DNA of 47,621 nt from a virus. Shown here piece by piece: positions 33,572-41,551 of this stretch. The stretch lies in IMG/VR virus record IMGVR_UViG_3300038379_000272, positions 1 to 47,621 of that record. One strand, written 5' to 3'. The notes below the pieces were generated by a model that ran no database searches, was not told where the DNA came from, and saw only the letters and a list, made by a program, of their open reading frames with translations. A program made the translations under genes and the position numbers. Numbering within the stretch: position 1 is the stretch's first letter; each line of letters opens with the position of its first letter.

Positions 33572-34858
33572 CTACTCCTTCTCATACATGCGGTTGCGAG
33601 CGTGCTTGACGAACTCGGGCGAAAGCTCGATGCCAGTGGCATCAACCGCGAGAGCGCTCGCCGCGGGGAAGATGGGACCGAGACCGCAGCAGGGATCGAG
33701 GACCTTATCGCCAGCCTTACAGCTGCGGGCGATGAGGCGCTTGAAGAGCTCGACGGGCTTTGCGGCGGGGTGCAGGGCGTTAGGTTGGTTCGTCACGTCG
33801 AGGAGGTCGCCGAGGAACTGGTAGTGGGGCTTATCGCCCTTGATGCAATAGAGTAGCCATTCAGTCGTGCGGCGGAAGCCCCTCTGCGGCAGGGGGTCGT
33901 GGCCGGCGGCTCCGCCCTTGAACCAAGTGATCGGTGTGCGGAAGGCGTACCAGCCGGCAAGCTGCGCCGCTGTGCGCAAGGTGTGGAAGTGGTCAATGTC
34001 GCAGAAGAGGTAGAGGTGGGCTTGAGGCTTGGTGACCCGAAAGCCCTCGACGAGGATGGTAGTGGCGATGCCGAGGCCGAGCTCTGCCGTGTCACTATAG
34101 GTATGAGCGGCGCCGGCGGTGCCGAAAGCATCGGCTCCCATGCCGTAGGGGGGATCGGTGAGGATGAGATCGAACTGCTCATTCGCGAAGGTGGCGAGAA
34201 GCTCCTTGCAATCGCCCTCAAGCAGGACGTGCCGAGTGGTCGCCTTCGTCATCTTTACGAGGTCCTCCTTGAAGTCGGCCTCGAGCTTACGGGTTACGAT
34301 GTTGTGGGCCTCTTTTAGCGACCGCGCTTGCTTGACCTGCGGATCGTCGCGGAAGCGATCGACGAGGCGAGAGCGGGTAATCTCGGCCGAGGCCGCGTCG
34401 ATCGAGGCTCCGGTCGTGCTACTGACTTCGCGAGCGGTATCGGCCACGGTCTGAGCGGGGTTCTGCGCTTGACGCAGGGCGTGAAGCTCTGCGAAAGCAG
34501 CCGAGCGATCCTGCCAAGAAAGATCGAGACGCCTGATGTTCTCTTCAAGTTCGACCTCCTTGAGCCGAAGGGGTTCGAGTTCGCTCGTGAGGGTAACGGG
34601 AATATCGTCACCCTCCATTTCGATTTCGTCGTGAGAGAAGCGGCGGTTCTCTTCGATGAGCTTACCGATGGCGCGGAAGCGGCACTCGCCGACGACGAGC
34701 TGATAGCTACCATCAGGAAGTTCTCGCACGACTGGGGCGTGAAGCAAGCCGAAGGCCTCGATGCTATCCGCCAGGCTTGCGATATGGGAGGGCGGAACCG
34801 CCTTGCGCTGGCGGCCCTCGGGGACGACGATCGCTCCGTAGGGAATGGTTTGGGTCAT
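33572..34858 (-). CDS. ParB-like-domain-fused beta-class DNA methyltransferase (N6-A or N4-C)
   Basis: 428 aa. ParB/Srx-like GLLHAPVVRELPDGSYQLVVGECRFRA. Motif IV LILTDPPYG precedes motif I VLDPCCGLGP. Confidence 0.8.
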   Translation of the reverse strand: MTQTIPYGAIVVPEGRQRKAVPPSHIASLADSIEAFGLLHAPVVRELPDGSYQLVVGECRFRAIGKLIEENRRFSHDEIEMEGDDIPVTLTSELEPLRLKEVELEENIRRLDLSWQDRSAAFAELHALRQAQNPAQTVADTAREVSSTTGASIDAASAEITRSRLVDRFRDDPQVKQARSLKEAHNIVTRKLEADFKEDLVKMTKATTRHVLLEGDCKELLATFANEQFDLILTDPPYGMGADAFGTAGAAHTYSDTAELGLGIATTILVEGFRVTKPQAHLYLFCDIDHFHTLRTAAQLAGWYAFRTPITWFKGGAAGHDPLPQRGFRRTTEWLLYCIKGDKPHYQFLGDLLDVTNQPNALHPAAKPVELFKRLIARSCKAGDKVLDPCCGLGPIFPAASALAVDATGIELSPEFVKHARNRMYEKE

Positions 34859-35040
34859 ATGAGGCCCTTCTCTTTTGCAAGGCTTTCAGGAAGCGTGAGG
34901 GTGCCATCCTCGAACTCGCACATGGACTTTGGTACCCAAATTTTACCAGTGCCAGCATCGACGAGGATGGCCTTCTCGGTTTCGGTGATGAAGATGCAAG
35001 CGACTTCAACGAGATCACTTGCGCCAGATGAGCGAGACAT
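34855..35040 (-). CDS. Hypothetical small protein
   Basis: 61 aa. ATGA overlap with the methyltransferase start. GGAGGAG RBS. Confidence 0.6.
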   Translation of the reverse strand: MSRSSGASDLVEVACIFITETEKAILVDAGTGKIWVPKSMCEFEDGTLTLPESLAKEKGLI

Positions 35041-35205
35041 TTACTCCTCCAAGAGTTTCTTCATGTGATCGAGCTGATAAACCATCTGCTCGACCTCGGC
35101 AGGAGACTTGATGCCGTCGCCGGCAATGTGGAGTACGACGAAGGAGTGGGCTTCGCCCTCCATCGGATCGAACTCGTGCTTGGTGGTAAGGGTGATTACG
35201 AACAT
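35041..35205 (-). CDS. Hypothetical small protein (not in the ORF track)
   Basis: 54 aa: MFVITLTTKHEFDPMEGEAHSFVVLHIAGDGIKSPAEVEQMVYQLDHMKKLLEE. Its stop abuts the next ATG. No clear SD. Confidence 0.4.
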   Translation of the reverse strand: MFVITLTTKHEFDPMEGEAHSFVVLHIAGDGIKSPAEVEQMVYQLDHMKKLLEE

Positions 35206-35210
35206 GAGAT

Positions 35211-35236
35211 GAAAAGAGAGGGGCTTAACGCCCCTC
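35211..35236 (-). terminator. Rho-independent-type terminator after the SSB-like gene
   Basis: Minus strand reads GAGGGGC-gttaa-GCCCCTC followed by TCTTTTC, about 20 nt after the stop at 35256. Confidence 0.55.
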
Positions 35237-35255
35237 CCCCCTTCGAGAGTTGGAG

Positions 35256-35714
35256 TTACGCCGCGAACTTGGTGACCGCAGCCACGTCGTTATAGACGAT
35301 GGTGGGGTCCTTGTCGTCAGGGCGCTTGGTGATCTTCACCTTGGCCGGGCCAGCTCCCTGGAGCATAGCGAGCGCCCAGGGATTGACGTTGCCCTGCCCA
35401 ACCGCATCGCGGACGCGGCCGAGCTGGACGTTCTTGTTGGGGCCTTTCTCGTACCGGCCGGCCTCGTCAATGTCGAGGAAAACCGACTGCCTGACGGTGA
35501 CCTTGGGCAGACCGAGCTTGGCCTTCACGTTCTCGTCCATGATGCTCCAGCGGAGTTCCGCGACGTAGCGGATGCCGCTCTTGGTGAGGGTCTTAATGTC
35601 GATGGCGTCGATGACAGCGGGGTACTCGCCCTCGTCGATCGGCGTCACGCGGGTCTCGAAGTTCCCGCCTTCGACAGTCTGCTGCAGGAAGTGGTTGGGG
35701 TCGAATACGCTCAT
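35256..35714 (-). CDS. Putative ssDNA-binding protein (DUF669 / gp2.5-like)
   Basis: 152 aa, AGGAG RBS. Located in the recombination block and followed by a terminator. Family call is from general resemblance only. Confidence 0.45.
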   Translation of the reverse strand: MSVFDPNHFLQQTVEGGNFETRVTPIDEGEYPAVIDAIDIKTLTKSGIRYVAELRWSIMDENVKAKLGLPKVTVRQSVFLDIDEAGRYEKGPNKNVQLGRVRDAVGQGNVNPWALAMLQGAGPAKVKITKRPDDKDPTIVYNDVAAVTKFAA

Positions 35715-35737
35715 TGCAGTATGCTCCTTGCTATTTG

Positions 35738-36355
35738 CTAGTTGCTTTCGAGGGAGGTTTCGTTCGGGGCCTCCCCATTCCCCGCTGCCGTCAGGTGACG
35801 GAAGAGCTTAAGACAGCCGTGGCTGTCGGCGAGGGCGCCGTGAGCGCCTTCGAGTTTGTGGTTGCAGAGGATCTCGAGAGCCTCAGAGAGTTTGGGCCAC
35901 TTGAAGTCTCCGTACTGGCCGGAGAGCTTGCAGAGGTCAGTCGAGACTTTCATGGTGCAGAAGAGAGCTCGGTTTGCGAGACACTGCTCGAAGTCAGAAA
36001 GCTTGCCGACCCGAAAGGCCATTGTACGAAGACATCGGCGATTGAACTCAAGATTGTGAGCGACGATGACCTGGGCCCTGCGTATCAGACCGGCGATAGT
36101 GCGAAGGGCGAAGAGCGAGCCGACGCCGTGGGCCTCGATCTTCTCAGGAGTATGTCCGTGAATAGCCACCACTTCAGGTGGTAGCCGCCAAGGCCATTCG
36201 GGTTTGACGAGGAGCGAGACTTGGGAGATGATCTTCTCCTCATCCGCGAGGATGGCGGCAAGCTCGATCACGTCGGGCTGGGCCGGGTGCTCGTCGGGGA
36301 GCTTGAACTGAAGTTTCCCGGTGGTTTTGGTATCGAGGATAAGGGCGACGGTCAT
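35738..36355 (-). CDS. DnaQ-like DEDDh exonuclease homologue with substituted catalytic residues
   Basis: ATG 36355 forms an ATGA overlap with the upstream stop. 205 aa. Exo I reads ILDTKTTG (E to K), Exo II reads VAHNLEFNRR (D to N), Exo III HGALADSH is intact. Confidence 0.65.
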   Translation of the reverse strand: MTVALILDTKTTGKLQFKLPDEHPAQPDVIELAAILADEEKIISQVSLLVKPEWPWRLPPEVVAIHGHTPEKIEAHGVGSLFALRTIAGLIRRAQVIVAHNLEFNRRCLRTMAFRVGKLSDFEQCLANRALFCTMKVSTDLCKLSGQYGDFKWPKLSEALEILCNHKLEGAHGALADSHGCLKLFRHLTAAGNGEAPNETSLESN

Positions 36356-37242
36356 GCTGCCACCTTCGGGGTTTGGGTTGCGAGTCTGGCCTTCCAAGCC
36401 TCGACGATGGGCTTGAAGTGCGGTTCGATCTTTTCGCTCAGCGGCAAAACGCGGCGCTTGAGGTCGTGCATCGGGGTCGTGGTGCTCCACCAGTACTTGT
36501 CGCCTTCGCGGTAGCAGAGCACCACTTCGCTGAAGAACCTCGGGAGCTTGGGGGCGAGCTTACGGCCCAGAGCGCCTACCTGAACGGTGACGCCGCCGGT
36601 GACCTCATTCGGCTCCCGCTCGATGTGAGCGGTGAGGACGAAGAAGCACTTCAAGGCACTACACCAGGTGTTGACCAGGCGCTCTTCGTTATCCATCGCA
36701 ACGCCCCACTCGCCCTGGGCGCGGACGGGTTTCGAGCCAACCACGAGGTCCATTGCCATGAGGTTGAGGCCGGAAAGACTGTCCACTACGAAGGCTCGAT
36801 CGGAGCCCCACTGGTCGATGGGGCCGTAAGAGCGCCCCGTCCGCTCATCGACGAAGTTGGCGCAAGCGCTGAGGACTTTGATGAACTGGTTGTAGTTCTC
36901 TTTTCCGATGCCTTGCTTCATCTGAGATAGCTGCTCGAAGCTGAACTGATTGATGAGCTTCGCGCTCGCTATCATGGAGTCCCAGCTCTGGGTAAGCGGT
37001 TGGATGGTCATGTAGTGGAACTTCTCTACGTCGAGCTTACGCTCTTTGATGGCGTCCATATAGGACTCCAAGTAGCGAGGCTCCGTGCCGAGGACGAAAA
37101 CCTCTAGGCCGCAAGCGAGAAGAGTTGTGATGGAGTAGGACTTCCCCCCTCCGGGGAGTCCCATGAGAAGGGTAGCGGAGCCGTCATTGCGAGGAGGGAT
37201 GGGAGCGGCGGGTGCCGCCGAAGCTGTATTCGGTAAGGCCAT
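36352..37242 (-). CDS. AAA / RecA-like ATPase (AAA_24 / Sak4-like)
   Basis: 296 aa. Walker A GLPGGGKS and Walker B-like AFVVDSLSG. Confidence 0.6.
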   Translation of the reverse strand: MALPNTASAAPAAPIPPRNDGSATLLMGLPGGGKSYSITTLLACGLEVFVLGTEPRYLESYMDAIKERKLDVEKFHYMTIQPLTQSWDSMIASAKLINQFSFEQLSQMKQGIGKENYNQFIKVLSACANFVDERTGRSYGPIDQWGSDRAFVVDSLSGLNLMAMDLVVGSKPVRAQGEWGVAMDNEERLVNTWCSALKCFFVLTAHIEREPNEVTGGVTVQVGALGRKLAPKLPRFFSEVVLCYREGDKYWWSTTTPMHDLKRRVLPLSEKIEPHFKPIVEAWKARLATQTPKVAA

Positions 37243-37555
37243 CGTCTAAGATCCTTTCGAGATAAGGCTGATCAAATAGATCAGCAAAGTAAGGGTCGGC
37301 AGCGAGTTCAAGGTCTCGCTCAGTAGTGAGGCGGCCGCCGCCGCAAGAGGGGCAGAGGCGCTCCTCGAAGATCCACTTGTGGGCGACGGAAGGACCTTCG
37401 GGGATGAAGAGACGACGGCCCCAGCCCGCCTCTCCACAGCTCGGACAGCAATATGCCACTGAGAACTGGAAAGCGCCGGCTTGTGGAACGTACGTTCCGA
37501 AGCTCGCGGTGCCAACGTCGCTGCCGTAGAGGAGTAGAAGTCTGCGGGCATTCAC
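37184..37555 (-). CDS. Zinc-ribbon protein
   Basis: 123 aa, GTG start. CPSCGE...CPSCGG. Overlaps the ATPase start by 59 nt. Confidence 0.5.
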   Translation of the reverse strand: MNARRLLLLYGSDVGTASFGTYVPQAGAFQFSVAYCCPSCGEAGWGRRLFIPEGPSVAHKWIFEERLCPSCGGGRLTTERDLELAADPYFADLFDQPYLERILDDGLTEYSFGGTRRSHPSSQ

Positions 37556-37653
37556 TGAAGTATCCCGCTATAGAAGGCAACGAGGAGAGCTAGGCCGGAG
37601 AGCATGATGCCGGCCGCGGTGCCGAGGAGAGCGACGATGCCGAAGAGTCTCAT
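37552..37653 (-). CDS. 33-aa hydrophobic micro-ORF
   Basis: MRLFGIVALLGTAAGIMLSGLALLVAFYSGILQ. ATGA overlap with the upstream stop and GTGA overlap with the downstream start. Confidence 0.35.
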   Translation of the reverse strand: MRLFGIVALLGTAAGIMLSGLALLVAFYSGILQ

Positions 37654-38564
37654 GCTGCGACGAGCTCCTTCTCGGTGGGGTTCTTTTTCAGGGGGTTCCA
37701 GTTGCGCTCGGAATACATGCTGAACCACTCCTGCGGAGAGATGGCGCTGCAGACGGGAATGAAGGGGCAGTTGCCATAGCTGCTGCAGGTGTCGCCGAGG
37801 TTGAGGTCGAAATATCCGGAGCGAAACTGTTCCACCATACGAGCAAGGTCGCGAGTGAGCTGACTGTACCACCGCGAGATGAGGTGGTTCGGGATGGTGA
37901 CGATGGCTTGGGTGAAGTCGAGCTTGGTCTTTAGGACTGCGATACCCCTGACGAGGACGTTGGAGACGGCGAAGCCCTCTTGCTGGGCAGCCCAGGTATA
38001 GCCGATGAACTGATTACGAAGAGTCCAGGACTGCGACCAGCCGGCAGAGAACCCGCGGCCGGTGGTCTTCTCATCGACGATGTAGGGGACGCCTTCGATT
38101 TCGCCGAGCATGTCGTACCGACCCGCATAGACGAGGGGGCCTCCGTCGGGATGCTCGACCTCCAGGATGGGGTGAGCGAACGTGACCTCGACGGCGGCTT
38201 TGCTCTCGCCGAGCATGACGGCGCGAAGCGGGTCGGTGCCTAGGGGCCATTGCTGGAAGTAACCGTCCAGGGCCAGGAGGAGGGAGTTGCCGTTCTTGGC
38301 GTGCCCCTCGGGAGAGGGAAAGCCGGCCCAATACTCGAGCGCCGCGTTCATGCCGACGTTGTGGGCCTCGGCGGGGGGTAGGCCGCGAACGAAGTAGGCT
38401 TCGCGAGCGCTCTGCATCCCTTGGGCGACGGCGCCTCCGAAGTGGAGATCGACACTCCTGCCGTCAGGGGCGAGGTTCTCCGAGAACTCCAGCTCGAACT
38501 TTCGATTACAGGCCCGCCATGCGACGAGCATGGTAGAGTCGATCAGACGTGGGAAGGTGGGCAT
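37650..38564 (-). CDS. PD-(D/E)xK Cas4/RecB-like exonuclease with Cys cluster
   Basis: ATG 38564 with a GGAG RBS; the listed ORF extends to 38690. RYDMLG...YIVDEKTTG and QFIGY motifs. N-terminal Cys plus C-terminal CSSYGNCPFIPVC. Confidence 0.6.
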   Translation of the reverse strand: MPTFPRLIDSTMLVAWRACNRKFELEFSENLAPDGRSVDLHFGGAVAQGMQSAREAYFVRGLPPAEAHNVGMNAALEYWAGFPSPEGHAKNGNSLLLALDGYFQQWPLGTDPLRAVMLGESKAAVEVTFAHPILEVEHPDGGPLVYAGRYDMLGEIEGVPYIVDEKTTGRGFSAGWSQSWTLRNQFIGYTWAAQQEGFAVSNVLVRGIAVLKTKLDFTQAIVTIPNHLISRWYSQLTRDLARMVEQFRSGYFDLNLGDTCSSYGNCPFIPVCSAISPQEWFSMYSERNWNPLKKNPTEKELVAA

Positions 38565-38574
38565 GAGGGAACTC

Positions 38575-38874
38575 CTAGATGAGGTCGTTGATTGAGGGAG
38601 CGGGGCCGGTGTAGGCGCCGCTCTTCTCGGCCTTCTTAACCGCCCTCGTATCGGCCGCCTTGCGGCGGGCCTGCTCGGCCCGATCGGCACTGATCAGTGA
38701 GATGGCGTGGCGGGTCTCGTCGATGCTGAGGAAGATGCCGTGAAGCCTCATGTCGTGGTAGGTTTCGATGCGCTTCACTCTCTCCGAAGAGGCGAGGGCC
38801 GCTACGTCGGGGAGGGGTGCTTCGCGGAAAGCCTTGAAGAAGGCCTCCTTTTCAGGCGACAAGGGCACGGACAT
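38575..38874 (-). CDS. Hypothetical protein (ends PSINDLI)
   Basis: 99 aa. Confidence 0.6.
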   Translation of the reverse strand: MSVPLSPEKEAFFKAFREAPLPDVAALASSERVKRIETYHDMRLHGIFLSIDETRHAISLISADRAEQARRKAADTRAVKKAEKSGAYTGPAPSINDLI

Positions 38875-39094
38875 TGAGAAGCTCCTTTTGCTCTTCAGTG
38901 AGGGGAGGTAGGTCGGCGATGCCCTGCTCTTGCAGGAAGCGGGTCCAGAGGATGCAGGTGATGGTGCTGAAGGAGCCGTAGGCCCTCCGGCGGTTGATGG
39001 GGTCGTAGAGGACTCGCTCGATCTGCTCGTGGAGCGGTAGGGGGCATTGGACCCTCATCTCTTTCGAGGGAACTTCGCTAGGCTTGCGGGGCAT
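38852..39094 (-). CDS. Hypothetical small protein, first gene after promoter 39127..39156
   Basis: ATG 39094 with GGAG 7 nt upstream. 80 aa. Confidence 0.55.
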   Translation of the reverse strand: MPRKPSEVPSKEMRVQCPLPLHEQIERVLYDPINRRRAYGSFSTITCILWTRFLQEQGIADLPPLTEEQKELLNVRALVA

Positions 39095-39126
39095 AAGCAA
39101 CTCCGATCGGTGGGGGACAATTGCCC

Positions 39127-39156
39127 ATAATGGCATGGGTTTTGTTAAGGTGTCAA
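39127..39156 (-). promoter_or_regulatory. Sigma70-like promoter TTGACA-N18-CATTAT
   Basis: Minus strand reads TTGACAccttaacaaaacccatgcCATTAT in a 90-nt intergenic gap. GGAG and ATG lie about 30 nt downstream. Confidence 0.6.
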
Positions 39157-39184
39157 GGAAAAAGTGGGGAGTTCTTCCACCGGA

Positions 39185-39505
39185 TCACGCCGCCGGTTTT
39201 TCGAGGGCTCGCTCGACCGGGCCGAGGAGGTCCTCGTCGATGAGGCGGATCGTAACCTCGGCGGTCTGCTGATCGAGGCGCTTTGCGCCGACGTGGACCT
39301 TGGAGGCTTTGCCGTAGGCGGTGTGGCTCTCGCGCTTCATGGCGGCGCGGAGCTGGTGGAGCCTCGCTCGAAGGCGCTGGGCGGCTTTCCAAGGGTCGGC
39401 CACGTCCGAGGACGTGTAGCGGACCACGACTCGCTTGCTCTCGGTTTCGTGGGGGAGGAGGAGGAGCTTCATGAGCCGGGGCTCGAACTGAAGGACGGTG
39501 GGCAT
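39185..39505 (-). CDS. Hypothetical protein
   Basis: 106 aa. Preferred over the Arg/Pro-rich shadow ORF 39153..39704. Confidence 0.55.
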   Translation of the reverse strand: MPTVLQFEPRLMKLLLLPHETESKRVVVRYTSSDVADPWKAAQRLRARLHQLRAAMKRESHTAYGKASKVHVGAKRLDQQTAEVTIRLIDEDLLGPVERALEKPAA

Positions 39506-39508
39506 GGC

Positions 39509-39577
39509 TTACCTCATGTAGCGGAAGAGGAAGGCGAGGGTGATGGCGGCGGCGATCGCCAAGGCAATGATCCTCAT
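39509..39577 (-). CDS. 22-aa hydrophobic micro-ORF
   Basis: MRIIALAIAAAITLAFLFRYMR. ATGA overlap with the upstream stop. Its 3' end carries the GAGG SD of the next gene. Confidence 0.3.
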   Translation of the reverse strand: MRIIALAIAAAITLAFLFRYMR

Positions 39578-39783
39578 TCGCCGGCCGCCTTGGGCGGAGC
39601 GGCCGCCTCGGGGGCGGGGCGAGCCTGGGCGTAGTAGTAGGCGGTCGCCTCGGGTGGGAGACGAAGGGCTTCGAGCGAGCGGATGCATTGCTGCTCGTTC
39701 GCACATTCGAGCCGAAGGACCTCGCGGCAGCTCGGCTGGCCGTCGATGAGGATGGTGAAACAGATTGCGATGAACCAAAGCAT
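39574..39783 (-). CDS. Small Cys-containing protein with hydrophobic N-terminus
   Basis: 69 aa beginning MLWFIAICFTILIDGQPSC... Confidence 0.5.
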   Translation of the reverse strand: MLWFIAICFTILIDGQPSCREVLRLECANEQQCIRSLEALRLPPEATAYYYAQARPAPEAAAPPKAAGE

Positions 39784-39939
39784 TTAAGACTCCTTCGCGA
39801 GCAGCGCTCGCATTGCTTCGAGGAAGTTGTTGAAGACGATCCAGATGGGGACCTCTTGCTTGCAGTCAGGACAGAAGCCGTGGTAGATGCGATCGCTGTC
39901 GCGGATGATGAAGTTAAGGTGCTTGCATGTTTCGGTCAT
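39784..39939 (-). CDS. Small zinc-ribbon-like protein
   Basis: ATG 39939 forms an ATGA overlap with the upstream stop. 51 aa beginning MTETCKH...CPDC. Confidence 0.45.
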   Translation of the reverse strand: MTETCKHLNFIIRDSDRIYHGFCPDCKQEVPIWIVFNNFLEAMRALLAKES

Positions 39940-40340
39940 AGGCGCACCGGCGGAGTTGTCGGCAACGGTTGCTTGCAGTTGGGGCAATTTGCGCTGAGAA
40001 AATGCCAATTGAAATGGCAACTCGGGCATGACAGCGTGAGGTCCCCATCCCCCACCGGCCCGGCGCTCGGCAGGGCGCGGATGGCTTCACATGCTGACAG
40101 TACGCCGTTCGCATGGGCCACCGACCACAGCGTTTTGTTTTCCTGCGTCGGCTCAAAGCCGGGATGCAATTCTGGCATTGGACATTCGCTCGCCGCAATC
40201 ATCGCCCGCGCCCGCTCCGCCGCGCCGTGAGCGAGGAGGGCGGCGGTGATCTTGTCAATCAATCGTTGCCCCCTCTCTACATTGTTAAGGTCCGTAGTAC
40301 GGACAATCTCCCGCGCCGTCTCTTCTGCTGTCGCGGTCAT
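39936..40340 (-). CDS. Hypothetical protein with C-terminal zinc ribbon
   Basis: AGGAG lies 9 nt upstream of ATG 40340. 134 aa with CPSCH...CPNC. Confidence 0.55.
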   Translation of the reverse strand: MTATAEETAREIVRTTDLNNVERGQRLIDKITAALLAHGAAERARAMIAASECPMPELHPGFEPTQENKTLWSVAHANGVLSACEAIRALPSAGPVGDGDLTLSCPSCHFNWHFLSANCPNCKQPLPTTPPVRL

Positions 40341-40353
40341 GGCTTTGCGCTCC
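40336..40353. repeat. 18-bp direct repeat gtcatggctttgcgctcc, copy 1
   Basis: Identical to 40467..40484. Each copy spans a gene junction that reads ...RSAKP-stop with an overlapping ATG. Confidence 0.9.
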
Positions 40354-40471
40354 TGAATTGCAGAACTAGGCCGAAGCATGGCACGGGGAAAACATACAGT
40401 CGTCGTTTGGCCTGATCCCAAAATACGCCGATCCACAGGTCATACCACGCGAATATCGGGCGAATAGTCAT
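40337..40471 (-). CDS. 44-aa conserved-looking small protein (WYDLWIGVFWD...LYVFPVPC); not in the ORF track
   Basis: MTIRPIFAWYDLWIGVFWDQAKRRLYVFPVPCFGLVLQFRSAKP. ATGA overlaps at both ends. The motif resembles a widespread small prophage peptide family, recalled from memory. Confidence 0.55.
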   Translation of the reverse strand: MTIRPIFAWYDLWIGVFWDQAKRRLYVFPVPCFGLVLQFRSAKP

Positions 40472-40484
40472 GGCTTTGCGCTCC
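40467..40484. repeat. 18-bp direct repeat gtcatggctttgcgctcc, copy 2
   Basis: See copy 1. The two copies are 131 nt apart and bracket the 44-aa ORF. Confidence 0.9.
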
Positions 40485-40902
40485 GGGCGAGAGCTTTATC
40501 TGCAATAACTTCCACGTCCTGTGCTGGTACATCTCGGAATGTATGACCAGAATAGAAATCACGGTGTAGTGTCGCTTCTCTCGCCAAAGCGCGTAACTGC
40601 TCTAGTGCCTCCCGCATCGCATCGCGTTCGCGCTCGGCGATTTCGGCGCGTTGTAGTGCATCCTCACGCTCCTGAGCTAACTGCTTGCAATCGAATAATA
40701 CCGTAGCGATCCGGTCCTGTAGCCGTCTCACCTCCTCGCGGCTGGCGCGGACAATATACTCGCCATATTCTGATAGCTGCTCGGCAAGCCATGCCTCAGA
40801 CAATTCATCATCGGCCTGTAGACATTCAAAAGCAGCCTTAGCCCATTTGTTTGGATCGAGCGATGCAAATTCTCGCTCCGATCCTTTCTTATTCGTCGCC
40901 AT
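40468..40902 (-). CDS. Hypothetical coiled-coil protein, paralogue of 40889..41551
   Basis: 144 aa. Shares RASREEVRRL and AERERDAMREALEQL with its neighbour. Confidence 0.6.
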   Translation of the reverse strand: MATNKKGSEREFASLDPNKWAKAAFECLQADDELSEAWLAEQLSEYGEYIVRASREEVRRLQDRIATVLFDCKQLAQEREDALQRAEIAERERDAMREALEQLRALAREATLHRDFYSGHTFRDVPAQDVEVIADKALARSAKP

Positions 40903-41551
40903 TGTCGCCTCGCTCCTTCAGCCATTCCCGCAAACCATCATCGGCATCTTTGAATTTATCAACACTGAATATCTTCTCCCCACCATCCGCTTCGGGAGGG
41001 GCGGCGAGAGCTGAGCGGATCGCCGCGTCAAATTCCTTGCCAACATCGTACGTTGCTTTCTGCCACACCTTCATCTTCGGCCAGTCGTCATGGTATTCAG
41101 CCGGGCCAACAAGATCACGGGATTTGCGATATGATTTTGCTCGCTTCTGCAAGTCAACCAGCGCCTCCCGCAGCGCATCGCGGTCGCGCTCGGCGGCTTC
41201 AATCCGTTTCGATGCTTCATCAAGTATCGTGCTTTTAGATGAAAGGGCCAGTAACTGCTTGACCTCCTCGCGGCTGGCGCGGTAGGCGCTCTGTGCATCG
41301 ACAACAGTAGTACGCTGCTGCTTGACAATTTCGATCAGCCGAAACACCAAATCGGCCCATTCATCTTCATCGCATGAATGCGTTGCCATATCGTACCGAT
41401 CCAGCCGCCGCTTTGCCTCGTCAAGTAACTGCGTTCTCGTATCCGCCGCTGCGTCATGGCCCGCCGCTGGCTGGGCTGGGGTGGGGGTGTCAGTCATGGC
41501 GTCCTCGCTTTCTGGTAGGTAGCCGAAGTGTGATGCAATTTTAGCTTCCAT
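40889..41551 (-). CDS. Hypothetical coiled-coil protein, paralogue of 40468..40902
   Basis: 220 aa. AGGAG lies 7 nt upstream of the ATG. Contains RASREEVKQL and AERDRDALREALVDL. Confidence 0.6.
   Translation of the reverse strand: MEAKIASHFGYLPESEDAMTDTPTPAQPAAGHDAAADTRTQLLDEAKRRLDRYDMATHSCDEDEWADLVFRLIEIVKQQRTTVVDAQSAYRASREEVKQLLALSSKSTILDEASKRIEAAERDRDALREALVDLQKRAKSYRKSRDLVGPAEYHDDWPKMKVWQKATYDVGKEFDAAIRSALAAPPEADGGEKIFSVDKFKDADDGLREWLKERGDNGDE

Noticed and set aside
32733-33824. 363-aa plus-strand ORF opposite the polymerase and methyltransferase genes, and similar ORFs at 34328..35068, 35250..35741, 36373..36930 and 42400..43281
   Set aside because: They are antisense to genes with clear catalytic motifs. 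Their composition is Gly/Arg/Val-rich and typical of the reverse frame of GC-rich coding DNA.
39157-39184. Terminator between 39185..39505 and promoter 39127..39156 (GTGG...CCAC followed by TTTTT)
   Set aside because: The stem is only 4-5 bp, which is too weak to call.
39153-39704. 183-aa Arg/Pro-rich minus-strand ORF
   Set aside because: Its extreme Arg/Pro composition marks it as an alternative frame of the better-behaved ORFs 39185..39505 and 39574..39783.
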